Source: Hormiphora californensis
Lineage: Eukaryota; Animalia; Ctenophora
DNA length: 64,000 nucleotides
Direction of reading: 5' to 3'
NCBI GenBank assembly: GCA_020137815.1
Contig: CM035356.1
Coordinates: 1,798,001-1,862,000 of the forward strand
Shown: positions 41,520-56,785 of the stretch, one piece after another
Position numbering within the stretch: position 1 is the first letter of the stretch
Layout: the number at the start of each line of letters is the position of its first letter
Notes under the pieces: generated by a model
Databases searched by the model: none
Seen by the model: the letters and a program-made list of their open reading frames with translations, nothing else
What the model was told of the DNA's origin: nothing
Position numbers and translations under genes: made by a program

Positions 41520-42683
41520 CGAAACGAAGACATAGTTTAAACAGACGCACAGAGAGTGAGATGGAGCTGAGGTAACAGGGGTATAATACTTGGGCAATAT
41601 ACAGGTACACACACTAGAGGATCATCAACTGGGCCATGTATTTGTAGGACTCTAGGATTCTATGTGTTGACGAGATATCTATAGGACTGTATTAATTGTT
41701 TGTAACGTCACGACATTATATTCCCAACTTTTTAATTGGTGTGTTTTACAGTCTTCTCAATATATCTGTCCGTAGACAGAAATCAGATAATAACACCCTA
41801 TCATTATATTTGATTGGTTTCCTCACGTTACACTGGACACTGTCCAGTGGTAATCAGATCAGGGTCAGATCAGGGTCAAGCACCCTATCATGACTCACAT
41901 GATACTGAACTACAGTAACCCTAAAATTGAAAATGTAGTGCTAGATCACTGCCAGTGAGTTTATATCTAGGATATCACAGCTGTCCTTCTCTATATCGGA
42001 AATGCTATTACTAGCCCACCACTTAATACAGGTGGCAGTTATTACACGTGGGAATACAGAGAGCATGTGTAATATGCTCACGTGCATCTTTTGTAAAACA
42101 TCAAACATGCAGATGTTTCTTTCTGCCTCTTTCGGCTTCCCGCCTTTTAGCTGCACGTTCTAATCCTATCTCGCACTGTCAGATCTAAATTATACCTCCT
42201 CTCCCTCCTCAGCTTCTCCTTCCCTCTGCAGCTGCCAAGACTAATGCCCTCACATGCCGCGTCTCTAGGCACTATTGTTATAGTCTACACTTTAGCCTCG
42301 CCCTTTGGAGCCAAGATATTACCTACCTCTTTGGAGCAGGAGCCAAGATATTACCTACCTCTTTGGAGCAGGAGCCATGCATATATAGAATGCCTGCACT
42401 AGAAGATTTGCATTTTGAATGAAACATAGCACATGTTGTGCAAGTACGCAGATTATACATTGTCTTGTTTGTCTAACTACCAAGTTGGTGACATGATACA
42501 GACATGCATGTGGTTTATATATACCCAGTGTCTGTAATATTATGTGTGACCGGCTTGTGACCACATATTATGTGCATGTTGTTTTCTAATATACACGACA
42601 TAATTTGAATGCTAATAGTTTTTGTTAGCCTCCTGCAATTCCTTCTATTGTCATCAACATTGACCTCTCTCTCGCTTTATCTA

Positions 42684-42751
<68 letters not shown>

Positions 42752-42759
42752 TCTCTATA

Positions 42760-42792
<33 letters not shown>

Positions 42793-43094
42793 CATTCTCT
42801 CTCTCTCTTTCTCTCTCTATCTATCTCTTTCTCTCTTTCCCTCTCTGTCAATATTTCAACTCCTTCTTTGACTTGTCCAGGCTGTACCGTGCGGCATCCA
42901 GCCCAAAAAGAGGGTATGAACAATGCAACTCCTCTCTGTCAACATATGCTCCACGTTCTTTCTGTTTTTATTCGGTCATTCTCTACTGTTGTGCTACTAA
43001 TTGGGTGAATTACTGTTGGCTCTAGTTGCACATCTAGAGCTGTACACGGGCGGGAAGGTACAGAGAAAGAGAGAGAGAGGGCGAGAGATAGAGA

Positions 43095-43190
<96 letters not shown>

Positions 43191-44260
43191 AGAAAGAGTG
43201 TAAGCGAGTCAATAGATGAAGAGATAGTACTAGAAAATGAAGCCGCGGCAGCTGTAAGAGGAAGCCAGAAATAAAGGAAGATCATCAAGACACCTGTTTT
43301 TGATTGTTTCCTCCCTCATCTCTTTTTACCCCCCCCCCTCTTTATTTCTCTTTTTATTTCAATCCGATCTGTATAATGTTTGCAGCACATCACAAGCTGA
43401 ACAAACTGACATCTTACCCAAAATTTGTTTTATAGTACGCTTTGTACTGTTCAGACTCATGTTTTGTGGAGAGAATTGAACCGTAGCCAGTATAGTGTTC
43501 ATTGTTGTTGTGTGTACTATGGAAATAGTTGCTGTCTGTTCTCTAGACAGTAGAGTGTAGACAGGCAGCATTCAGTAAGACTACCAAGTTACTTCCTGGC
43601 TACTTTGTCTCTCAATTTATTTATAAAGTAGCTGCACTTTCAACATATAATGTAGCTCGTTAGCATTCAGTTTAACGTGTGTCTATCAGTTTGTTGGTTG
43701 TTCTGTCGTGCTGCCCAGATCAATGCCCAACAAGTTGCTCCCATGTTCCTAATCCCCCTGTCCAAATGTTTGTGTCCTAATGTTTGTGTCCTAATTCTCT
43801 CGGCACATGTGGTCTGTCTGTTTGTCTAGAAAAGGCTTATCCTTGCGGTTTTGGCATAATTATGGCACATATTACTAAACCGCGGACATTCTATGCCACG
43901 GAAATTAGTGCTTCATAATATTTCTACCACCCTGTGTGTATGCCTTCATGTATGTTGATTGCTGACTATTACATACACTAATAATGCGTTTAATTACTGC
44001 CATTGACAATAAACATCACACCGAAAGCAACTTGTCAAACAGCGGTACAACTACACAACACTTAGAGATTTGTATAGTAGTTTTCTGTTCCTCATTCAAG
44101 TGTCAACAGTTCTACTGTTTTTAACTCTTTTGTAGCTTACTTCCAGAAAATTTTCTGAGTCAGTATCTTACTTTGTTTTCATCCTGTCTTGATCTTAGCT
44201 GCTGGGTGCTGCTTGTACTCAGTCAATACAGATTTCTTTTGTCGATATTTCTGGCATCAC

Positions 44261-44339
44261 CTGTCAGAGCATTGGCCTGACCCTATTCTCATTTCTTTCA
44301 AATAGAATTAGAACTGTGGTCACAGCATTGGCCTGACAA
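44261..44339. mobile_element. Micro-transposon with CTGTCAG..CTGACAG ends and 8-bp TSD (further copies 44913-44969, 45061-45131, 56955-57031, 61371-61423)
   Basis: Each copy has its own 8-bp flanking duplication: GGCATCAC, AGAGTTTT, TGACAGAG, ATCAGCTC, CTAAGT[T/C]T. Confidence 0.8.
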
Positions 44340-44458
44340 GGCATCACTTTTTGTTACTCAAAATCATGGCGTCGAGGGCCCGGGTATATACAAATTGATT
44401 CTTCCAGTTCTAAATCCCCATCCCTGGATGTAGATAGCGGGACTGTAATTGTGTTAAC

Positions 44459-47400
44459 ATGCAGGGGATTATTGCTGCACTGGTATTGATCATGGTAACC
44501 ATGGTAATGGGAGATGTTAACAACAGGTTAACCCTTGTTGGAGCATTTGATTTCACCACCGAATCTGGGCAAGAGAGGATGGTTGGTGGATTACTTGGCG
44601 GACACTTTACAAATCATATCAACACCCACTATAACAGGTCAGGGTTAACACAAGTATTTTCAATGTTATCGATTGAACGCAGACCCCCCCCCCCCCCCCC
44701 CCAGCTCCCCCCGTAATAATATGACCAATACAAGACTTGAATTTATCATTTTTGAATCAATTTATCGGGATTGTAACATACTCCCTCCCACTGTTTACAG
44801 GTCTGTGTTGGGGCTGGTAGTGGATACGAAGAGTAGCAGTGTTATTGGATCACGTCACGTTATGTCTCACATATCCAACTGTTCTTCTCGTGTCGCTGGT
44901 AAGTAGAGTTTTCTGTCAGAGCATTGGCCTGACCCTCTATTCTCACTTTTTTCAAAGAACGGTTGTCAGAGAGTTTTCGGAATTGTACCCCTCTCAGTCT
45001 CAGTGTTGATTCATTTTGATGAAGAACTCAGCTCTGTCTGTCTAACTAGGCTTGACAGAGCTGTCAGCGTGATGCCTGACTTCTCTCGTCGCTCCTTTTT
45101 TCTAAAGAAGGGACAGCGCGATGCCTGACAGTGACAGAGAATGAATTTGATTGTGCTCAATATATGCTCATATTAAACCTTCTCTTCCCCACAATCATTT
45201 TGACATGTCTGATTAAAAGACCTTTCCCAAGTCGTTTATAACCCTACCCTTACCTATTTATTTTAAGCTGCACCGTTTATACCCTGTCAACAAGACCATC
45301 CCAAATTCCCAATGAATAATAGTTTAGCCCCCCCCCCCTCCCTTTAACCTGACCTATACTCCTCTGGATAACCACATTTTCTAATCCCCAGCTCTCACAC
45401 AATATTATGTTATTCCCCCTTTACTCTTTAGTATCCTGGCCTATCTAATCCTGGATAACCCATCCTGATCTATATTTCCTAATCCACCTCTCTCACACAT
45501 ATGTGTGGGGTCCCCTATATACTGCCCACTGATCCCCCTCACACACACCCTTCCTCCCCAGGTCTGGTTGGACCTGTATCCACCACCCAGCTCCGGTCTA
45601 TCCTTGACATCACCACTGCCTACCAAATCCGGCAAGTCACCATGGGGGCGGTGGATAGGGATGTGATTGATAACACTGACAGATATCCCTACTTTTCCAG
45701 GTTAGAATCTTATCAACGTAGCATATCTCTCGCCACACTGACAGGTGGCACCCACTAAGATCTTAGGATTCTCTGAAAGGTTTCCCATTAAAACTGATTG
45801 GCATATTCAAAGCATAATTGCTCTCGCTGGCTTGGTATTATATCAAAGGAAAAGCCTTCTGATTCTGATAGCGATTCTAAGCCTGTCAGTATCGGGGTGA
45901 AGGACGAAGGTTTCACTGGGAAATTGCATTAATATTATAACATGCATTGAATAAGGTGAAATAAAATGCAAATAATAATTTACACAACAAATACACACTG
46001 CAGCCGTGGGAAATCCATTTTATGGTTATATTACTCAGCTCGAACAATTGAGCGGTGTTCCACATACACTACTTAGCAGCTATTTTACATTGTTTTGTGG
46101 ACGAAGCGAACAAAAAACAGCTCTTTTTCATTCTATCTGACAGGCCCCGTTTTGAATTTCCAATGCGCTCTTATTGAGGCAATGGCGCCAGGCAGAGCAT
46201 TTGTTTCATTTTGGACACGGGACAACAGGTTTCATGTGTTTTTGCTAGTCGTTTGAAAGTCTGAACATTGAACAATTTACAGAGTTTTCCCTCCTCTACT
46301 AGCTCCTCCCCCTCCCTGATCACTAGTTACCTCCATTGCAGCATGGGACACCCTCCCCTTGTAACTACCCTCCTCCCTGATCACTGTTAACCTCCGTTGT
46401 GTTACCACTCGTCACACTCCTCCCTGCCTTCACCGTTATCTTCTTAATAATCCCCTCTGTGCTGATGCTAGCCAGCGCTATCTGATTCCTCACTGCCTCC
46501 CTGTACCGTCTGTTGATAAACGCGTACAGGAAGGGGTTCCCAAACGCGCTGATAAAATAAAAGTTTAAGTGTGCCTTGTTAAACCACAGGGGTATGCTCT
46601 CTTCATCGCCAAAGAACCTCCAGGCGTCCTCTACCAGGGTGGGGATCCAGGTGATGGTGAAGAGGATGGAGATTGAGAGGACGGTGGTAATGGCCCTCCT
46701 GTTTGACATGTTGTGGGACCTGGTATATCTACTGGCAAGCTGCCAAAGGGTGATGTTACAAGGGATAATGAGCAGGGAGGGTACCCACATCTCCAGATTA
46801 GTAAGGATGCCAAACAAATAATGGAAGGGGATAGTCTTGTTGGGCACCTGTTCACACACAACCTCTATCTCCATGTTAACCTGGGTCGGTACACTCGTTG
46901 CTATGGCAATGAAGGATGGTAACGATGATACCACCCAGACAACCCCACAGAGAATTGTGGCTGTTCTCGTGTTGATGTCCACCACAGAGAGAGGGAAGAG
47001 ACATACAAACACTTTAACCAGACTGAGCAGGAGAATGAGCCACATGGAGGCAAACACGGGGACGAGATACATGTATGCCTCAACTTTACACACCTCATCT
47101 CCCAGCGCCCATCCGTACATGACGTGAGAGAGGAGGGAGGGTAGGATGCGGGTCAGGGTATACCCTATATCTGATACAGCCAGGTTTCTCAGTAGGATGG
47201 TGGTGAATTGGTCTACTTTAGTAGTGGGGATCACTATTGTAGAGGTCAGGAGGATCAGGAGGTTCCCTGAAATGGAGAGGAGGAGACATGTTGCACACCA
47301 TAGGATTAGTAGGGCTCTGTCCAGGGTTGAGTATGTGTCTCTGTAGAGGCTGGCAGACATGATACTGGGTAGTAACCTGAATTAGAGAGTGGTGTTTTAG

Positions 47401-50400
47401 TAGTGTGGTATCAGGCATGGTAACATTTTGGTGACATAGACACCGTGCGCGACCAAGATTGAGCTCGATCTCGCACGCACTATGTGTCAATGTCACCAAG
47501 GTAACATTCTCTCTGGGGCTTGTCAGTTTATTATTTGTACCTGACCATATTTCAATTTTCTCTAAAAGATCTGAGTGAAACTCCGATTCTGACTAGACAA
47601 GATAACAGAATATTCACAAATATTAGATGGGGAACAAGAACTTTTAACCATAGGTGTAAGTAAGAATTAGAAACAGGCTGTGAAATTTAATCTGAAAGGC
47701 GAGAAGGAAGTACTGGAAGATCTGAACAATTGTAAAACAGATCAAACACCTGCAGCATTCAGACTCTATTACGCGGTGTGGCCTCTTGAAGAGCAGTACC
47801 CAGTACGGCAACATGTGATAGAGGCCCCTCTGTAATCGATCACACCACTGATACCATTATAATACCCCGCTCTGTGCCATGATAAAAGGGGACACGTGAA
47901 GCTGAAGACGACTGACATAAATCAGCCGAAAGCTATTAGTACTGCAAAATCGTTGTTTCTCTTTAACGTGAAGTGGGTATAGATTATAGATTTTATAGAT
48001 CTGGTCCGCTTGTCAACTCTGTCGAGGCTATATAAAGGGGGCTCTTCTTAAGAAGGATCAAGGAGAAATTCTCGTTCTTTAGAGTTTAGACGAGCCCCCT
48101 ATATCATATAGCCTCGACAGAGGAGCACATGAACAATGCATTGTGAAATAAGGGGGTGCAAGAGAATAAAATTTAGACAGCTATAAAGAGCGGAGAGTGA
48201 CATTAGAAATATTTTAGGGTGGTTACATCAACTTTCTGCATTCAATATGACAACTACAAGCATAGTCTGACGATGATGAACATTTGACAATTTATTTTCA
48301 GTGTGAGGGCAGATAATACAGCAACTGTTGCTGGGGTATGTCGTATGATTGCGGAGCTAGGGTGGAACTACATCTCCATAACAACCACTACCATCAACAA
48401 TCTGAGGATTAATGTGTGTCAGAAATACAACGTTCATATCAGCACCTCAGGTAGGTAACCATGGTAACCATGGTAACGTGATTCTCCTCCAAATATAAAT
48501 CGCTTTTGAGGGGAAGTATCGTCTAACGAATACGAATGGCTCCATGATAGTACTTTAAAAAAGACCCACGTCAGCAGTAGAGAGCACAATTTCAGTCATA
48601 ATGCATGGCCAGATACAATTGATAAAAGGTAGCTGTGACCTAGCATTGCTAATATCCCGGCAGCAACTCTAGTCCAGTAACATGTCCGGCAGTTGCAGCA
48701 GTAACTCTAGTGCAGTATAATCTAGTAACACTACTACATGCATAACAAGGTAGAATATATACCTGAAACAAAAAAGGGAACTACACGGAGCTATGACAGA
48801 TCTGACAGTTTTTTCTTCTCAAAAACTCCGGCATATTCTAGATGCGTTCTAGCTTTGAGTCGCCTCAAGAAAGTATGAACAATTCAAGTGTAGCTGGCAC
48901 GCTACACAATGTATTAGGACAAGTAACCCACTCTCTAACTAAAAAGAGTTATCCATGTTTACAGAGCTGTTTGTAAGGGACGAGGGTTTTCATTGAGCGA
49001 GTAACGAGCCCCTATCATAACAGGAGCGACCTTCTACCTCCCCTCACGACACTGCTTCTTGGTAAGTTGTTGGACACACACGATGTAATACAGATATCCA
49101 ATGTTCTAACAACTAAATATTATAGCTCTAAAAAAGTTTTCGCTCTAATTTCTAACTAATAAAGTTTTAAAGAGTCTCTTTGCTTTGACATATGAGTCAC
49201 ATGATGGATTTTGGTTGGATTTCTATCTCACATGTCATCCCCCGACAGGCCCACACACGATCACAATGCTAAGGGGGGAGTTGTCTCCTCTGATCGTCTT
49301 TACTGAGAACTCAACTAGCTTATAGTTAACTTAATCAGTGTTAATATTTTCACATCGCGTGAACTTCACATCTTCTCTTTCTTCCCAAAAAGGAACTTCA
49401 TTCACCCCGGTGGAATACTTCACAGAATTTATGAATATGTAGTCTCGATCTCGGCAGATTGTGACAGGAGATGAAAATTAGGGAATATATTCTTTAGAAG
49501 TAACACTAACTGAAACTCTCAAAAGGCTGAGCTATGAGCTCACCAACTACCCTTCACTTAACTCCGTCAGGTGATGTGAATGTTAGGGACGTGGTTGCGT
49601 TTGAAGAGAACCTACACCCTACCACCAGGGAACACGTGTGGCTGGTACCTGAGCAGTTCCTAATCACATATGTTGATCTGTTTGGAAGACTGCCAGGGAT
49701 ACCACGCTCCCACCACTTCCTATCCTACCACTCTCTACCTAGTGTAGATACTATGGTGACTGCAGGGGGTACTGCTACTACTGCAGGTAAAATGAAGTAC
49801 TTTTGAGTAAATGTGGGTGAGGTTGCGTGAGTGGCGCTGTTCGCTCAACCCTCTCCTCTCACCCTCAACAATTGTAGGCATATATCAAGAAAGTTAAGAC
49901 ACGCAATGCCTTCAGCTTTAATAGAACCTAGTGAATTATGATCATATATTTTCAGCATGATATCTCAACTATGCGTCTAGACATTGTCATGGTTATATAC
50001 TAGTAAACAGCTATCACGTGACAACTAGTATCTCGGCGCGTGATGTCTTTCACCTCGTGCAACGTGTCAATAAATGCAGCATTGTGCACTGTGCAGAGAA
50101 ATCACAATCAAAACCCACCCACTACTATACTGCTCTGTGTTGATGGGGTTTCATGGCAATTTTCCTCCCATACCAGCCTTTTCCTAGGACCAAATCGTCT
50201 AACAAACACATCTCTAGGGGGAAACAGCCTGGAAGATACGGTAGATAGGAAGCTATGTTTGGGTACACTAATTGGACGGGCTGTGGACGAGGCACTGCAG
50301 AACAAGACAATTAGTGGGGATGAGGATCAGATAACCCTCTATCATCTCCAACCACTAACTAATGAGATGAGCACTGTGGCCTACATCACTAATACCGGGT

Positions 50401-53400
50401 ATGTATATCCACTATCCAGTGCCCGGGGGGGGGGGGGGGGTGAATATTTATTGAAATATTTAGAACTAGTGAATAGGGAAGTATGGCTGTCAATACTAGG
50501 CAGCTTGTTATGTTCCAACCCTAGCGGTTAGAGAGGGTCTAGCAAAGCAAACTAGGCCATGACATGTATCCAGGCGTAGCTACCACATAAATGTCTCTAT
50601 CTACTTGCCACGTTAGACTACCATTCGGTTTGAACAAAGGAACTATCTACAGGCGTCTGATGGTGGATGGTGTGGTGTTCAGAGAGACAGGATTAGAGGA
50701 ACTGGGTGAATCTCGGTGCAGTAGTGAGTGTCAGTCAGGTCAGTACAATTAGGTTTTATTTGAGGGGCATTATATGTTCTATAATACATATAAAGCGGTC
50801 TATAACGATCCTGAACGGAACATTTTGACAAGTTATAAGTGCGCCACACCCGAAAATATTCCGGGGAAGAACAGCTATACTTTGGTTTATAGCATAAATG
50901 AAGTAAGACAGCACGGTCGGTTATACAATCTCTTGCATATGTGTGGTTATGAGGGATGTCTAATAGTTATCCCTCGTAAAAGGCGGAATACTTTCTCTGC
51001 ACATGTCGCTATGCGGGATTATTGTATTACAAGTTATAATTGTCCCCATTAAATACCCGTTCAATTTGCCATATATTTCATGTTTAATACAACGGCACCC
51101 ACGAAGTTAGTTTCGCCCCCTCGGTAACTTCCTCTAACTTCATCAAATCAATATATTCACATGGGAACGTCTGGGAATTTTAATTTCGAAGTTGTGAATA
51201 CGAATGTATTAAAACTAAACTAGTAAAAGTGCACTGGTAAAACTTTTTGTAAAACTAAACATAAGGTACATTTGTATCACAACAATGAGTCCAACAGGTC
51301 TACAGAAAAGAGCAATTAATCTTCAGAATTGGTAGCCTGCTTTCTATACTAGGTTTACTTTGTAAACAAGCCCCGTGTTCAAGTTATAATACAGTGTTCT
51401 TGTTAGGAACCAACTCTCTCTCGTCCCTCTTGCCTTGTAGCTCATAAAATATCACTGCTCTCTCCGAACCGGGCGATGTTACAGTAAGTGTCTGATAATT
51501 CAAGGAACAAGTTAATAATTAATTGAGACAAAGAGTGCAAGAATATGAGTCATATAAATTATGACCACAGCTTAAAATAGTAAAAAAAGCTCTAGATACG
51601 GGACTTTAAAAAGATTAAATACCATCGCAGTCACATTGAAATCTAACTATTTCACAATAATATAATAAGATTAAATTAAGATCATTCTGAAATTTAAGCG
51701 GTCGAAGCTGAAAGATTCTGATTCGTCTAATGGAGGGGAGGGGGCTCTACAAGCATATAATATAATCCAATCAGTATGAGATTTTTGAAATAGCTGGTTA
51801 GATCAACTAGAAAGAAGGGGAGAATGAGATTAATCACAGTCCATGATTGGCAAAAGCAGATCCAATTGTGTGCAATGAACTCCCCCCCCCCCCCCCGTCC
51901 AGGTTTCTATCGCGATACGATATTTGGGGAGCCCGCTCCTTGTTTTCACTGCAAAAAGTGCAAGACACGAGAGGTAAGAACATGAAAGCATGAATTGTAC
52001 AGTCGGACCCCGATTTACCGGGGTCCGACTGTACTGGTATAGTTATACAGTCGATGGGGGTTGACTATAACTCTCACGCATCTAGCCTCTGCCAACAAGT
52101 CATGGTGTTGCACTGCACGGAACCCTCCAACTCCGATTCCTTGTTTAACTAGCCGTACAGCAAGGATCTCGGCTGGATTCGAATCCAGCCGAGATCCTTG
52201 CTGTACGGCTAGTTAAACAAGGAATCGGAGTTGGAGGGTTCCGTGCAGTGCAACACCATGACTTGTTGGCAGAGGCTAGATGCGTGAGAGTTATAGTCAA
52301 CCCCCATCGACTGTATATTGTGACCCTGGTGATAGTGCACACCATGACGGTGACTCTCCGCTCTAGCTGTGTGTATTGGCTCAGTTTAGGATCAGTCTCT
52401 CGGAACACCCCGATTTATCAATCTGGTATAGTTATAGTAGACAGTATAGTTTATGTCCCAAATCCAATTTTATTAACCCTCCTTTATATTTGTTTCGCCG
52501 TGCGGGATGCGGTGAAACAGGGTCTCGAGAAAGGTAACCAAATCCTAGCTAGAAAAATGTCATAATCGTAGTCAAATTGGACGTGGCATTATTTCTTTGC
52601 CTAGCTAGACTCTGTTTCGTACCCCAAAGGTAAAGTAGGGTTAGAATATACATAACAATTGTTTCTAAAACGGCCTAGGCCTAGTTACACATGTTAAACA
52701 AAGATAGTGTGAATAGTATAACGAACTACAAGTGCAGGACATAATTATTTGTGACATATCCGGCCCATATATAGGTCTGTTATTCGTTTATGCCCATATA
52801 TGGTTTGTACTGCAGGTGTCTAATGGTACAACGTGTGTGAAGTGCGACCCGGATATGGAACCCAGCATGACAAGGAATCTCTGTCAGCCCATTCCACCTC
52901 AACCACCATACTATAGGTATAACATGAGTGAGTAGAAGTACAGGGCAGGTTGTTAATGTATACCACCTTTCCCGGCCATTTATAAATCCACAATTAACCA
53001 CAAAAACCTTCTTCTCCCCTGTCTGGCAATCCGAGATCTGATCAGTGATCAGCGTACTGTCAAAACGGGGTCTTTAGTTCCTCGAGACACCTGATCCCTC
53101 CTTCCCTAAAATCCCACCTTCCCTCCAGCCATTTCTTACCAACATCCCACCTTCCTTCCAGCCATGTCTTACCAACATCCCACCTTCCCTCCAGCCATGT
53201 CTTACTAAAATCCCGCCTTCCCTCCAGCCATTTCTTAATAAAATCCCACCTTCCTTCCAGCCATTTCTTACTAAAATCCCCCTTCCTTCCTCCCATTTCT
53301 TACCAACATCCCACCTTCCTTCCTCCAGGAGTTTCGGTGGAGGAGTATTGCTATCATTTGCAGTGGTAGGACTGCTAACAGTGTTGTGCACTATGGTTGT

Positions 53401-54171
53401 ATTCAAGAGACACGCCAAGACACCGATAATAAAGGCCGCTAATAAGGAACTGTGTTACGTCATATTTCTAGGTAGGTGCAGGGCCTGTAAACCAACCCCC
53501 CTTCCCCCGGTCTTTAGTAGGGTACAAGCTTGTAACCTCTCTTATGTCTTAGCTACACAAACAAAAATCACTCAAAACTTTTGAGCCAAATGATTGTCTC
53601 ACAAAAGACTGTCCTCTCCGAAATCGAGTAGCGTGCGTCATTTAGTATGACAATCAAAAGAAAGCTATTTCACTAAACACATAACCACTCGTTTAAATTT
53701 GTTAACTCCCCGTATAGCTTGTTGAGTAAGGGGCGGGAGAGAGAGACCTGTCCTCCCACCCTTTACTCAACAACGTATAGCTATACGAAACTGTCAGGAT
53801 CATTTCTCTCTATTTTTCATTGTAAGGCTAGGTTCAAATTATCCATTCATGGAATTACTTAATTCATATGGAAAGGGAACTGGCTATGTGATTAAGTGGC
53901 ATTATAGTTCTGTATTAAATGGAAATGTTGTGAAATAATCGTCGCTAAAAGGACGAGGACCGGTTTTAACACCGCCTAGACCGTCGCATTAAGGCTGTTT
54001 TAGCACCAAAAAGTGGGTAGATAATAGCAAAAGGACCGTATATTATATAAAGGATATTATGTATGTATAGTGCATTAGACAGATCATTGGAGAGGCTAGA
54101 CTTGTTTGGGGAGATTTATTGCGAGAGAGCCTTCAAAACCATCACACTACTGTCAAACTTGTATACTTGTA

Positions 54172-54269
<98 letters not shown>

Positions 54270-54296
54270 ACTCACTCACTCTCTCTCTTCTCTCTC

Positions 54297-54336
<40 letters not shown>

Positions 54337-56690
54337 CTCTCTCTCACACCCCCTCTCTCTCTATCTCTCTCTCTTTCTCTATAAGTATAACAGCTCTGTG
54401 TTTGTAAAACTAAACACTCCAAACCTGTCCTTCTAAAAATAAAATGATCGCTGATCACCGGATACAATTACAAAACCAGCTTCAAGGAGCAGGACGCATT
54501 AGGTCACCTTGGTTACCTAATGAATAAATTTCAAATTTGTCAAAAGTAGGCAAAAGTAGGCGAAACGAAAATTCTGACCACTCTTTTCCGCTCAGAAAGC
54601 GAGTTGAGTAACTCAACAAAGATATCACCAATAACAATATTATTTTCGAATCTCTTTCACTTTCCCAATCTAATTCTAAGATATAATAATGAGGGTCACA
54701 TGTGTATAATAGCACTGGCTCATAACGATTCTACCCCAGCAAGTATAACACTGCTCTCTCACTCATAAGGACAATAACATCGAGGTGTTGCAAGAATCAA
54801 CTCGTGTGCTTTCCACTATAGCATAGGGTCGGCACCGCCAATAATTGTAGCTGCGTGATAATCTAACTTCATAGGGAACTACGCGCGAGTATAGCACGAT
54901 CATGATGCTTCTCCAGATAATATAAATGTAGTATAGCAAGGATGATCAGTAACTGAGTACAAATACTAATGAGAAGGCGCCAAGGTGTGAAGACTACTAC
55001 CAGTAAAACTACTATATAACACCTTGTTATATAACACGATCCTCCTAAAGAATCCTGTTATGATCGCAGCTGTAATTTGGAAAGGAGTCGTTGACCTTGC
55101 TCAACAATAAACGAGAGTCCATTCTAGAAACAATTTAGGGTTAACAGATCTGTATATGAATGACCCAGGCGGGTATAATGTTCATAACAAGTTTCAAGGT
55201 AAAGGACAAGGGTCTATATTCTCTTCAACAAGCTCAAATAACAAATTAGCAGCGTTGATCTACGTTACTTTAAACGATTGGGCGTACTGTCCCGCTCGAT
55301 AAAAATGGAGCGCTGCCAGACAGTGACAGTCGTTTATTAAGATAAAATAAGTTTTTCTTTAGAATAACGAAGAATCAATTGATTCTTCGTTATTCTAAAC
55401 AAAATCGTATTTTATCTTAATAAACGATATCTCAAGATATGATCAGTATCGTGGTGGATGTTAAATTGTTAAATAGATATCATTTGACAAGGCAGTTGTC
55501 TCGTTGTGAGAGTGAGACAGTATTATAATTGTGACAGGTTTCACAATACGAGATAAATTTATTATGTGACTGGTCCCGCAAATTGCATTTTTTTAATTTC
55601 ACATGGATTCATCAAATCATTTATAATTGCTATATTATAGCAACTGGTAAAAATTATGAGCTCCAAAAGTAATCAATTAGAGTTATCGGCCTTCTTTTCT
55701 CTCTAGTCACCTGAACTACTCAACTTTTTCTCGCTATAAATAGGGAATGACCAGTTTGTAAACGGTTCAGAGGCACAAAAAGGGAGGGGAGCTAAACTGA
55801 AGTTTGTACTGCAAGATTCATAATTCTTCAACCTTTTCAGACCTACTCATATTATATACGTCAGACTTCTCTTTCAAGTTTTAGCACCGCTCAAACTCCC
55901 AATTTTATCAGCTAGTAGAATCTGGCACACTCTCTATCCCTCTCTTTCTTAGAACTTTTCTACCTTCTTAGAAAGATTCCACCTTCCCAATCCTCTCTCT
56001 CTCTCTTTATCTTTTATTTTTCTGGTTCTCTTTTTTAGAAAGATTCATCAGTCAAGCTCTATAGTCTAATGAACACTAGAAAATATGCAGGCTGAAAGTA
56101 CGTGGCCCAACTGAATGTTAACTAGCAACTCATAACTTGGTCTATAATACCGCAGCCGAAAGTAGAGTCAAGTGTGCTATTTTTGTAATCAATGGTGTGA
56201 TTACTAATTAAGTTCCACAATCAATATAGACAATAGCATAGTTTCGTGCGGGGGGGGGGGGGGGGGCACTTTCGCTGTTTCTCACCCTAAATCTCTCCCT
56301 CAGGGCTTGTCTCCTGTTTCACCTCTGTTATACTGATGCTGATGAGGCCAGGTAAATATAGAGATGATGACTTGGTTTTAACTTAACCACCTCTATTATA
56401 TAGTTGAATTAGTTGATACAAAAACGGCAGTTTTAAATGTCACTAACCGTTCTCTCCCCAGGGAAGATAATATGTAGTGCCCAGCTGACCCTTCTCACGT
56501 TTGGAGCATCCCTAACAATCACTACTATCCTGGGCCGAGTTGTGCGGACTATCCGCATATTCACAGCGGCCCACGTCACTGTGGACTCTCCACTCGTGTC
56601 CCTGACTCACCAGGCAGCCTTTATTTCTAGCCTGGTGTTACTTCAGACTGGACTGGTCTCTTCAGTTCTCACCAGGTAGCTTTGGATAAG

Positions 56691-56785
<95 letters not shown>

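Noticed and set aside
42304-42377. Short direct duplications (also 7642-7708, 46301-46400, 61816-61921)
   Set aside because: Local slippage duplications with no further structure.
46365-47360. Possible opsin
   Set aside because: The position equivalent to the retinal-binding Lys296 (six residues before the N of NPxxY) is Phe.
53094-53325. 33-bp repeats as a CRISPR array or repeat protein (WLEGRWD ORF)
   Set aside because: No spacers; intronic minisatellite lying antisense to a real exon.
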